This document shows, in pieces, positions 8,849 through 17,071 of a stretch of 20,208 bases of DNA. The notes under the pieces were generated by a model. The model was not told the origin of the DNA and did not search any database. It saw nothing but the letters and a program-made list of their open reading frames with translations. The position numbers were made by a program, and so were the translations under genes. Each line of letters begins with the position of its first letter. Positions within the stretch are counted from its first letter, which is position 1. The DNA comes from an uncultured bacterium (GTDB lineage Bacteria; Lernaellota; Lernaellaia; Lernaellales; Lernaellaceae), in NCBI GenBank assembly GCA_964534375.1, contig CAZHPN010000112.1:1-20208 (forward strand), written 5' to 3'.

Positions 8849-8962
8849 ATCGGCGTGATCGCTGGGAAAACGACGAATGTTTTGCATCGCCAAAGATGCT
8901 CGACAGGCAGTGAATCGCTGCGCCAACGGCGGGAACGTCAGCCGATCCGGCGGGTCGCGCGG

Positions 8963-9004
8963 CAATCCGCAATCCGCAATCCGCAATCCGCAATCCGCAA
9001 TCCG
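8963..9004. repeat. Perfect heptamer tandem (CAATCCG)x6
   Basis: Six exact units counted directly. Confidence 0.95.
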
Positions 9005-9045
9005 AAACTTGCCTTTGGCCGACGGCCGCGCCCCGGTTCCTCTTG

Positions 9046-9074
9046 TTGACTTTTCCTCGCCGTCGCGTTTTGAT
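9046..9074 (+). promoter_or_regulatory. Weak putative sigma70 promoter upstream of the lipoprotein gene
   Basis: TTGACT-N17-TTTGAT. Confidence 0.25.
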
Positions 9075-9188
9075 TCGCCACGCACGAGCAGATTGGATGG
9101 ATAGTCGAGACCTTCGCCGTCGAAAAGTGCGATTCCGCGGCGAAGCAGCGGGAGCGCGGATCGAGCCGCGCGGACAAGGAGTCGAAAA

Positions 9189-10406
9189 TTGAAGAACTAT
9201 TTTTCGCTGGCGCTGCTGCCCGTCGCGTTCTTATTGCTTCTGATGGTTTCCTGCGGCGGCGGCTCCGCCAGCAGCAAGAGCGTTGTTGATGACGACACGT
9301 CGGTCGCGGATGACGACGACAACGACGATGACGATGCGAGCCCGCCGGACGACGACGCCTCGCCAGATGATGACGATAACGATAACGATGACGACAACGA
9401 CGACAGTTCGCCCACAGACGACGACGACGACAACGACGACGACGGCGCAACCAACGTGTTTGCGGTTGGCGCGAATGGTATGATTTTGCATTACGATGGG
9501 GCAACGTGGTCGGCGATGACGAGCGGGTCGACGCTGCCATTGGAGTCGGTCTGGGGTTCTTCGGGAAGCGATGTTTACGCCGTCGGCTTTTCGGACGGCA
9601 ACGCGTCCGCAATTCTGCATTATGATGGTTCGGCCTGGTCGAGTGTGTCGAACGTACCAAACGCCGCGTACGCCGGGCTTGCGGGCATCTGGGGAACGTC
9701 GATATCGGATGTGTATGCCGTCGGCTACGACCCGAGTGAAATCGGCATTATCCTCCACTACGATGGGATCGGATGGACGGTTGCGTGGACGGCCGACCCT
9801 TCCGTGGGACTTTCCCAGTTTCTGGGGGTTTGGGGAAGTTCCGATGGCGGCATATTTGCCGTAGGCCAGTGGATCGACTACATCACCCCCGGGGGTCCTG
9901 GCCTGGTCGGCGGAATGGTTGTGGACAACCCCGGCGGCTCCTGGGGCGCGGCCGGCATCAGCTATGCGTTTCCGCCACTTAGCTCCGTTTGGGGAACCTC
10001 GCAGTCAGACGTCTTCGCCGTGGGGTGGGTTCCGACCGACGGCGGCGGACCAGGCGGCGATTTCGTCATGCATTACGACGGCGTATCTTGGTCGAATGTC
10101 GCAGTGCCGACGCAAGATGTCGGCGGTGTTTCCGGAATTTGGGGGTCATCGCCGTCCGACGTGTTTGCCGTCGGCGAGTATTACATCACCGGATTTGTGC
10201 TCCATTATGACGGCTCATCGTGGTCGCAATCGGCCACCGCGCCCATGGGCCTGGGCGCGATTTGGGGAGCGTCGGCCGCCGATGTCTTTGCGGCCGGCGG
10301 AGACGGCAGCGCCGGCTTGATTCTTCACTACGACGGCTTGTCGTGGTCAACGAGTGCCGCCGGGTTGCCAAATTCCCTAAACGCCGTTTGGGGCGTCGCC
10401 CGATAA
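9189..10406 (+). CDS. Lipoprotein with Asp-rich linker and 7-repeat beta-propeller domain
   Basis: AAGGAG SD then TTG; signal peptide ending LMVSC; long D/N-rich tract; seven repeats of VWGSS-x-DVFAVG...ILHYDG-x-W. Confidence 0.85.
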   Translation: MKNYFSLALLPVAFLLLLMVSCGGGSASSKSVVDDDTSVADDDDNDDDDASPPDDDASPDDDDNDNDDDNDDSSPTDDDDDNDDDGATNVFAVGANGMILHYDGATWSAMTSGSTLPLESVWGSSGSDVYAVGFSDGNASAILHYDGSAWSSVSNVPNAAYAGLAGIWGTSISDVYAVGYDPSEIGIILHYDGIGWTVAWTADPSVGLSQFLGVWGSSDGGIFAVGQWIDYITPGGPGLVGGMVVDNPGGSWGAAGISYAFPPLSSVWGTSQSDVFAVGWVPTDGGGPGGDFVMHYDGVSWSNVAVPTQDVGGVSGIWGSSPSDVFAVGEYYITGFVLHYDGSSWSQSATAPMGLGAIWGASAADVFAAGGDGSAGLILHYDGLSWSTSAAGLPNSLNAVWGVAR

Positions 10407-10501
10407 GGCCATCCGCCGATCGGCGATCGCGGCCGGGCTGACGCCGGCGTCCGCCGGCCCGACGGCGGGGAAAAAGCGGAACTAAATCGAATGGATGGCA
10501 C

Positions 10502-10530
10502 TTGCCAAACGGCAAGGCTTTTTTTATTCT
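10502..10530 (+). promoter_or_regulatory. Putative sigma70 promoter of the moxR-bat operon with an overlapping palindrome
   Basis: TTGCCA-N17-TATTCT; CTTGCC-AAAC-GGCAAG inverted repeat at 10501-10516. Confidence 0.5.
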
Positions 10531-10633
10531 TCGGCGGCTTTTCGGCGCCAAACCAGTTGGCCGAACGGCGTGTCCGATACGTGATTCGGTGCGGGGAACG
10601 TGCGAGATATTTGTCTCATTCAGGGGGTGCGGG

Positions 10634-11629
10634 ATGATCTCCAGCGAGTTGGAAAACCTGGAACGCGAAATTGCGACGCAGGGCGCGTTTGTCGAACGCC
10701 TGCTGACCGAGGTCGGCAAACGCATCGTCGGCCAGCGCGCGATGATCGAGCGGATTCTGATCGCCATGCTTGCCGACGGCCACATTCTGCTCGAAGGCCT
10801 GCCGGGTCTGGCCAAGACGCTGGCGGTCAAGACCTTCGCCGAGGCGATTGCCGCGCAGTTCGCCCGCATCCAGTTCACGCCCGACCTGCTGCCGGCCGAC
10901 CTGATCGGCACGATGATCTACCGCAAGGAAACCGGCGAGTTCGTGCCCAAGCTCGGGCCGCTGTTCGCCAACCTGATCCTCGCCGACGAAATCAACCGCG
11001 CCCCGGCGAAGGTGCAAAGCGCGTTGCTCGAGGCGATGGAAGAGCGGCAGGTGACGCTGGGCGACGCCAGCCACAAGCTGCCCGCCCCGTTCCTCGTCTT
11101 CGCCACCCAGAACCCGATCGAGCAGGAAGGCACGTACCCGCTGCCCGAGGCGCAACGCGACCGCTTCCTGCTGAAGCTGAAGGTCGAATACCCGACCCGC
11201 GAAGAAGAGCGCCTGATCATGGACCGCATCGGCGGCGGCGACCTGGCCAAAATCGACAAGGTCATCACGCCGGCCGACCTGACCGCGACGCGCCAGGTGG
11301 TCCGGCGCGTGCGCGTCGACGAAAAAATCGTGCAATACATCCTCGACCTGGTTTTCGCGAGCCGGTATCCGGACCGCGTCAAAGGCCTGCAGGATTGGGC
11401 GGGGCTGTTCGAATACGGCGCCAGCCCGCGCGCCAGCCTGGCGCTGCTCAACTGCGGCCGCTGCCACGCGTTCCTGCGCGGCCGCGGCTACGTCACGCCG
11501 GAAGACGTGAAAGCGATCGGCCCCGACGTGCTGCGGCACCGCATCATCCCCAGTTACGAGGCCGAGGCCGAGGATAAAACGGTCGAGGATTTGGTGCGCG
11601 CGATCTTCGACAACGTCGAGGTGCCGTAA
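10634..11629 (+). CDS. moxR: MoxR-family AAA+ ATPase
   Basis: HILLEGLPGLAKT (Walker A variant), RIQFTPDLLPADLIG, ILADEINRAPAKVQSALLEAMEE, ATQNPIEQEGTYPLPEAQRDRF, GASPRA and VLRHRI. Confidence 0.95.
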   Translation: MISSELENLEREIATQGAFVERLLTEVGKRIVGQRAMIERILIAMLADGHILLEGLPGLAKTLAVKTFAEAIAAQFARIQFTPDLLPADLIGTMIYRKETGEFVPKLGPLFANLILADEINRAPAKVQSALLEAMEERQVTLGDASHKLPAPFLVFATQNPIEQEGTYPLPEAQRDRFLLKLKVEYPTREEERLIMDRIGGGDLAKIDKVITPADLTATRQVVRRVRVDEKIVQYILDLVFASRYPDRVKGLQDWAGLFEYGASPRASLALLNCGRCHAFLRGRGYVTPEDVKAIGPDVLRHRIIPSYEAEAEDKTVEDLVRAIFDNVEVP

Positions 11630-11641
11630 GGTGTTTGGCGC

Positions 11642-11842
11642 GAATGCGGAATGCGGAACGCGGAATGCGGAATGCGGACCGGCCGGCCGGAAATTCCGCA
11701 TTCGCCATTCGCCATTCGCCATTCGCCGAATCCCGAACCCCGAAACCCGAGACCCGAACCCCGAGTCCCGAAACCCGAGACCCGAATCCCGAGACCCGGA
11801 CTCCGGAACCCGGAACCCGGAACCCGGAACCCGGACCCCGAA
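11642..11842. repeat. Composite heptamer cassette: (GAATGCG)n, core, inverted (CATTCGC)n, then (CCCGRRN)n
   Basis: Read directly in the moxR-DUF58 junction. Confidence 0.9.
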
Positions 11843-11848
11843 CGCCAA

Positions 11849-12727
11849 ATGCTGACCCAAGACGCCATTCGCCGCATTCGCCGCATCGCGATCACCACCC
11901 GCAAAGAGGTGGAGACCGGCTTTTCCGGCGCGTACAGCAGCGTGTTCCGCGGCCGCGGTTCGCAGTTCGACCAGGTGCGCCCGTATCAAGAGGGCGACCC
12001 GATCCGCGACATCGACTGGAACGTCACCGCGCGCACGGGCGAGCCGCACATCAAGGTTTACACCGAGGAGCGCGAACTCACGCTGCTGCTCGTGGTCGAC
12101 GTCAGCGCCTCGGGGATTTTCGGCTCGGTCCGCGCCAAGCGCGAACTGGCCGCCGAGACCGCGGCGATCCTCGCCTTTTCGGCGATCTACTCCGGCGACA
12201 AAGTCGGCCTGCTGCGGTTCACCGACCGCGTCGAGCAGTACGTGCCGCCGCGCAAAGGCACCTCGCACGTCTGGCGCGTGATCCGCGACCTGCTCGCGGG
12301 CACGGCGACCGGCCGCGGCACCAATATCGGCCTGGCGTTGACGCACCTGCGCAAGATCCGCCGGCGGCGCGCGGTCGTCGTGCTGCTCAGCGATTTCCTC
12401 TCGCCGCTCGGCTTCGAACGCGAGTTGCGCGCCGTCGCCGGCCGGCACGACCTAGTGGCGGCGGAGATCGTCGATCCGCTCGATCTCGCGCTGCCCAATG
12501 TGGGCCTGATCGAGGTCGAAGACGCGGAAGACCGGCGGCGGCTGTGGCTGGACACCTCGCACGCCGGCGTGCAGCGGACCTACGCCGATCGCGCGGCGCG
12601 GCGGCGCAAGGCGCTCGCCGACCTCTGCGCGCGCAACGGCGTCGATCTGCTGCCGCTGCGCACCGACGAAGGGGCGGCGCCGGCGCTGACCCGGTTTTTC
12701 GAGACCCGCAAACGGAGGCGCCGGTGA
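11849..12727 (+). CDS. DUF58 family protein (vWA-like, MoxR-associated)
   Basis: GAYSSVFRGRGSQFDQVRPYQEGDPIRDIDWNVTAR, KVYTEERE, VVDVSAS, DKVGL and VVLLSDF; the frame is also open back to ATG 11651. Confidence 0.9.
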   Translation: MLTQDAIRRIRRIAITTRKEVETGFSGAYSSVFRGRGSQFDQVRPYQEGDPIRDIDWNVTARTGEPHIKVYTEERELTLLLVVDVSASGIFGSVRAKRELAAETAAILAFSAIYSGDKVGLLRFTDRVEQYVPPRKGTSHVWRVIRDLLAGTATGRGTNIGLALTHLRKIRRRRAVVVLLSDFLSPLGFERELRAVAGRHDLVAAEIVDPLDLALPNVGLIEVEDAEDRRRLWLDTSHAGVQRTYADRAARRRKALADLCARNGVDLLPLRTDEGAAPALTRFFETRKRRRR

Positions 12728-14118
12728 GAAAGCGGAACACGCCGGCGAGCGAAAATTCCGCGCGGGCCGCGGCCGCGCGGAAAGATAAGCCCGTGGTACG
12801 GGCGCAGGTAGTTAGCCCGGGAATTTATTCCTGGGGTTCGAGCGGTGGTTTTGTTTTGTCCCCCCCAAACTCGCAAAACGGCCGCAGCCGTTTTGCGAGC
12901 TTGGGGGGGACAAAGGCGGGAATCCTCCCGGCGGCCTCCCCAGGAATAAATTCCTGGGCTAATCACCTCCGCCCCTCCGGGGCTTTGAAGAGATTGTCGA
13001 TTTTCTTCGTGCCGGCCGACCGTGCAGGGGCGGGTTCCCGCGCCCAAAAAGATGACGCGCCTGCGGGCGCGACCCCTCCCCAACCCCTCCCCGACGCGGA
13101 GAGGGGCTGTTTTTGGGCGGTAAATGCCGCCCGAATGTGGAAGCCCGGGCTTGCTGCGCTAACCTCCCTCATCATTTGGCTCGTCGCCGCCGCCGCCCAG
13201 GCGTCGCCGATCGCGCTGGGCGTTTCGGTGTCGCCGCGCACGGCGCCGGTCGCGGCGAAGGTCCTCTATACGTTCTACGCCGAATGGCCGGACGGCTGGA
13301 CGGTCACGCCGCCGCGGCTGAAGCCCGAGCAAGACTCGTTCGACGTCGTCAATTGCCGCGAACCGGTTTACGACACTCTCGCTTCGGGCCGGCACCGCCT
13401 ACGGCTGACGTGCGAGTTGGTCATCTTCGACTCCGGACGCGTCGATCTGCCGGCGCTGAAGACCAAGATCGGCGGCCCCGACGGGCTGACCTACGAAGAC
13501 ACGGCCCCCGATCTGCAAGTGGAGGCGATCGCGCCGCTGGTCGGCGACCAGCCGCGGCCGCTCAAGCCGCCGGAGGTCATCCGCCGGAATTGGGCCAAGA
13601 TCGCCCTGGTCGCGCTGGCCATTGCCGCGGCGCTGGCGGCGCTCTCCGCGGCCATCTGGTTCGCGATGCGCGGCTGGAAAAACCGCACGCCGAAAGAGCG
13701 CCGCGCCAAGCCCGCGGTGTACGAGCCGCCGGACGTCCGCGCCCTGCGCCGGCTCGGCGAACCGCTGCTCGACGAGTACGCGTTCAAACAGGATGCGAAT
13801 CGCTACTATACGGAATTGAGCGACATCGTGCGCGAATACCTGGAAGGCCGGTTCGCGGTGCCGGCGCTCGAACGCACCAGCGCCGAAATCGGCGCCGAGA
13901 TCGCGGCCCTCGATTTGCGGGGCCATGACGGCTACCTGCGCGACCTGCTGCGCGTGGCCGACCTCGCCAAGTTCGCCGGCATCGCCGCGGCGTACGAGCG
14001 ATGGTCGACCGATCGCGACAGCGCCCGCCAATTCGTGACCGACACGCGCCCGGTCGCGGTGGCCGCCGCCGTGCCGGACGCCGAACCCGTACCGCCCCCC
14101 GCGGAGGAAGCGCCATGA
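12724..14118 (+). CDS. Conserved bat-operon membrane protein (BatD-like/DUF4381-type) with a repeat-derived N-terminal extension
   Basis: GGAGG SD and GTG overlapping the DUF58 stop (GTGA); signal-like segment after about 140 aa; TM helix; YYTELSDIVREYLEGRF...ALERTSAEI and ADLAKFA; alternative start ATG 13135. Confidence 0.75.
   Translation: MRKRNTPASENSARAAAARKDKPVVRAQVVSPGIYSWGSSGGFVLSPPNSQNGRSRFASLGGTKAGILPAASPGINSWANHLRPSGALKRLSIFFVPADRAGAGSRAQKDDAPAGATPPQPLPDAERGCFWAVNAARMWKPGLAALTSLIIWLVAAAAQASPIALGVSVSPRTAPVAAKVLYTFYAEWPDGWTVTPPRLKPEQDSFDVVNCREPVYDTLASGRHRLRLTCELVIFDSGRVDLPALKTKIGGPDGLTYEDTAPDLQVEAIAPLVGDQPRPLKPPEVIRRNWAKIALVALAIAAALAALSAAIWFAMRGWKNRTPKERRAKPAVYEPPDVRALRRLGEPLLDEYAFKQDANRYYTELSDIVREYLEGRFAVPALERTSAEIGAEIAALDLRGHDGYLRDLLRVADLAKFAGIAAAYERWSTDRDSARQFVTDTRPVAVAAAVPDAEPVPPPAEEAP
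12800..12974. repeat. Nested palindromic element (inverted REP-like pair enclosing a 28-bp hairpin)
   Basis: TTAGCCCGGGAATTTATTCCTGGGG (12812-12836) versus CCCCAGGAATAAATTCCTGGGCTAA (12938-12962); inner hairpin 12855-12914. Confidence 0.9.
13073..13106 (+). repeat. CCCCTCCCC...GGAGAGGGG palindromic repeat, copy 1
   Basis: CCCCTCCCC-GACGC-GGAGAGGGG hairpin; second copy at 20169-20191. Confidence 0.7.
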
Positions 14119-15095
14119 GCCTCGGCCAGCCGTGGTTCTTGCTGCTGCTGCTCGCGCCGGCCGTGGTTTATCTGCTGCGGCGCAAGGGCACGCGCGACGC
14201 CACGGTGCTGGTCGGCGCCGCCGCGGCCTTCGACGGGCTGCCGCGCGGCTGGCGGCAACGCCTGCGGGCCGCGCCGCTGATCCTGCGGCTGGCGGCGCTG
14301 GGCTTCCTGGCGCTGGCCGCGACGCGGCCGATGTCGGAGAAAGTGACCGAGCGCATCACCAGCGAGGGCGTCGACATCATGCTGGCGCTCGACGTTTCCG
14401 GCTCGATGCACGCGCTGGATTTCAACCCGGAAGACCGCATCACCGTGGCGCGGCGCGTCTCGGCCCAGTTCGTCCTTGGCCGGCCCGGCGACCGCGTGGG
14501 CCTTGTGCTCTTCGGCACCGACGCGGTGACGCAGTGCCCGTTGACCGTCGATCACGAGGTGCTCGTGCAACTTATTTCGCAGGCGGAGCCGGGCATGCTG
14601 GGCGACTCGACGGCGATCGGCATGGGGATCGCGGCGGCGGTCAACCGCTTGCGCGACGCCCCGGGCAAAAGCCGGATCATCGTCTTGCTCACCGACGGCG
14701 TGAACAATGCGGGCAAGGTCGACCCGATCACGGCCGCGCGGCTCGCCAAATCGCTGGGCGTCAAGATTTACGCGATCGGCGTCGGCAAGGTCGGGCCGGC
14801 GATGATCCCGGTCAAGGGGCCGTTCGGCACGAAACTGGTGCAGATCCCCGACGAACTCGACGAAAAAACGCTGCGCCAGGTGGCGGCCGACGGCGGCGGC
14901 AAGTACTACCGCGCCACCGACGCCGCGGGCATGGCGCGGATCTTCGCCGAAATCAACGAGATGGAGAAAACCAAGGTCGAGCGGGAAAAGGCCTCGCATT
15001 TTCAGGATAAGTTCGAGCCCGTGTTGTGGGCGGGGTTGGCGTTGCTGCTGCTCGAACTGGGCCTCGCCAACGGCCCGCTGCGGAAGGCGGCGTAA
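14115..15095 (+). CDS. batA: BatA-like vWA domain membrane protein
   Basis: GGAGG SD and ATGA overlap; PWFLLLLL, DIMLALDVSGSM (MIDAS), DRVGLVLF, TAIGMG, IVLLTDGVNNAG and DEKTLRQVA. Confidence 0.9.
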   Translation: MSLGQPWFLLLLLAPAVVYLLRRKGTRDATVLVGAAAAFDGLPRGWRQRLRAAPLILRLAALGFLALAATRPMSEKVTERITSEGVDIMLALDVSGSMHALDFNPEDRITVARRVSAQFVLGRPGDRVGLVLFGTDAVTQCPLTVDHEVLVQLISQAEPGMLGDSTAIGMGIAAAVNRLRDAPGKSRIIVLLTDGVNNAGKVDPITAARLAKSLGVKIYAIGVGKVGPAMIPVKGPFGTKLVQIPDELDEKTLRQVAADGGGKYYRATDAAGMARIFAEINEMEKTKVEREKASHFQDKFEPVLWAGLALLLLELGLANGPLRKAA

Positions 15096-16097
15096 ATGCG
15101 GTTCGCCCATCCCGAAATCCTGTTCTTCCTCTTGCTCGTCCCCGCGTACGGGCTCGCCGCTTGGTTTTCGCGCCGCGTCTCGCGCCGCCGGCTGGCTGCG
15201 CTGCTGCCCGCCGAGGAGCAGCGCACGACCTTGAGCACGGCCAATCCGACCCGCGCGGTCGTGCGCGCCGTGCTGCTGGCGACGGCGCTGATTCTGCTGA
15301 TCTTTGCCGCGGCGCGGCCGCAGTTCGGCTTCGATTTCGTCGAGGTCGAACGCCGCGGCGTCGACGTCGTGCTGGCGATCGACGTCTCCGCGTCGATGCT
15401 GGCGCGCGACGTGGCGCCCGACCGCCTCGGCCAGGCCAAGATCATCGCCGCGCGGCTCGTCGATTCGATGGGCAGCGACCGCGTGGCCGTGCTGCCGTTC
15501 GCCGGCGATTCGGTGCTGCGCTGGCCGTTGTCCTTCGATCACGGCGCGGCGAAAATGCTCATCGAGGCCGCCGACGTGATGTCCGCCGGCCGCCCGGGCA
15601 CCGGCCTGAAAACGGCCGTCGAGGGCGCGCTGAAGCTGTTCGGCCCGGAAGACGCCTACGAAAAGGTGCTGGTGATTTTCTCCGACGGCGAAGACCACCT
15701 CGGCGGGCTGGAAAAGGCCGCGCAGCAGGCGGAAAAAGAGAAGATGATCATTCACACGATCGGCATCGGCGATCCGCACGGCGTCCCGATTCCCAATCCG
15801 GAAGGCGACAAAGACACCTTCAAACGCGACCGTTCCGGCGCCATCATCTATACCCGCCTCGAACCGGAGCCGCTGCAAGTGCTGTCGGCGATCACGCACG
15901 GCCTGTTCGTACAGGCCGGCTACTCGGGCGACGAGGTCAAGAAGATCGCCCACGCGATCCGGGCCATGAAGGGGCGCGATCTCAAATCCAGCCGCGTCGC
16001 ACGGTACCGCGAACGCTATCAGTGGTTCTTGATCCCGGCCGTCGCGCTGCTCGCCATCGAAGGCGGCCTGAGCCGGCGCAAACGGAGGCTGCCATGA
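15096..16097 (+). CDS. batB: BatB-like vWA domain membrane protein
   Basis: MRFAHP, ARPQFG, DVVLAIDVSASMLARDVAPDRL, VIFSDGEDH, IHTIGIG and ERYQWFL. Confidence 0.9.
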   Translation: MRFAHPEILFFLLLVPAYGLAAWFSRRVSRRRLAALLPAEEQRTTLSTANPTRAVVRAVLLATALILLIFAAARPQFGFDFVEVERRGVDVVLAIDVSASMLARDVAPDRLGQAKIIAARLVDSMGSDRVAVLPFAGDSVLRWPLSFDHGAAKMLIEAADVMSAGRPGTGLKTAVEGALKLFGPEDAYEKVLVIFSDGEDHLGGLEKAAQQAEKEKMIIHTIGIGDPHGVPIPNPEGDKDTFKRDRSGAIIYTRLEPEPLQVLSAITHGLFVQAGYSGDEVKKIAHAIRAMKGRDLKSSRVARYRERYQWFLIPAVALLAIEGGLSRRKRRLP

Positions 16098-17071
16098 AAC
16101 GGCGGCAGCGCAATGCGGAATGGCGAATGCCAAATGGCGAATGCCGAATGGCGAATGCCGAATGGCGAATTGGCGCCGCCCGACATTCTCCATTCTCCAT
16201 TCAACATTCGCCATTTGCCGCTTTCATTGTGGTGGTCCTGGCGGCATTGCTGCTCGCGCACGCGGCTTGGGCCGCGCCGAGCATTTACGAGTTGCTGCAG
16301 CAAGGCAACGATCTCTACAAGGCCGGCAAATACAAAGACGCGCTCGCGGCCTATCAGCAGGCGGCGCAACTCGAACCGAACCGCGCCGAGGTGCAAATCG
16401 ACATCGGCAACGCCCTGGTGCAAACCGGCGACGTGCCCGGCGCGATCGCGGCCTATGCCAAGGCGCTGCCGACGGCGGATGAGCCGCTGCGGGCCCGCGC
16501 GCTGTACGACCGCGGCACGGCGCAGATCGCCGCGCAGGACTGGGACGGCGCGATCGCCAGCCTGCGGCGTTCGTTGCGGATCAACCCGAAAGACGAAGAC
16601 GCGAAATACAACCTGCTCTACGCGATGAAGAAGAAACGCGAGAAGAGCGAGCAGCCGCCGGAAGGCGGCAAGGACCAGAAGGACGACAAGGGCGACAAAG
16701 GCGGCGACCAGGACAAGAAGAGCGACGAGGAAAAAGAAAAGCCCAAGGGCAACGACAACAAACAAAACAGCCCCGAGCCGCAGGACAAATCGCAGACGAC
16801 GCCGACCGAGCCGACGCCGATGCAGCCGCCGCCCCAGGGGTCGCCCGAGCCGTCGCAAGAGCAGGCCGCGCAGCAGGAGCAAAGCGACAAAACCCCCGAA
16901 CCCAACGGTCCGGAGAAAGCGCGCCAGCGGCCGGATCAGGAGGCGGCGAACGAGGTCGATCCGACCGTCGCCGCGGCCATTCTCGACGCGCTTCAAAAAG
17001 ACGAGCAACAGGAATTGAAACTGCGCATGCAGCGGGGCAAGGCGAACGTGGATGTCGATAAGGATTGGTGA
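16094..17071 (+). CDS. batC: BatC-like TPR protein with charged low-complexity linker
   Basis: GGAGG SD and ATGA overlap; signal peptide; TPRs (GNDLYKAGKYKDALAAYQQA, DAKYNL); C-terminal AILDAL...DKDW. Confidence 0.85.
   Translation: MKRRQRNAEWRMPNGECRMANAEWRIGAARHSPFSIQHSPFAAFIVVVLAALLLAHAAWAAPSIYELLQQGNDLYKAGKYKDALAAYQQAAQLEPNRAEVQIDIGNALVQTGDVPGAIAAYAKALPTADEPLRARALYDRGTAQIAAQDWDGAIASLRRSLRINPKDEDAKYNLLYAMKKKREKSEQPPEGGKDQKDDKGDKGGDQDKKSDEEKEKPKGNDNKQNSPEPQDKSQTTPTEPTPMQPPPQGSPEPSQEQAAQQEQSDKTPEPNGPEKARQRPDQEAANEVDPTVAAAILDALQKDEQQELKLRMQRGKANVDVDKDW
16112..16216. repeat. Inverted heptamer arrays inside the batC 5' end
   Basis: (GAATGGC/GAATGCC)n followed by (CATTCTC/CATTCGC)n. Confidence 0.85.

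Noticed and set aside
10496..10510. Sigma54 promoter (TGGCAC...TTGC)
   Set aside because: TTGC follows TGGCAC directly instead of after the required 5-nt spacer
11635..12723. Upstream parts of track ORFs 11635..14118, 15026..17071 and 17081..20053 as fusion proteins
   Set aside because: They overlap DUF58, batB and batD in alternative frames with Arg/Pro-rich junk sequence; SD-supported starts lie at 12724, 16094 and 19079
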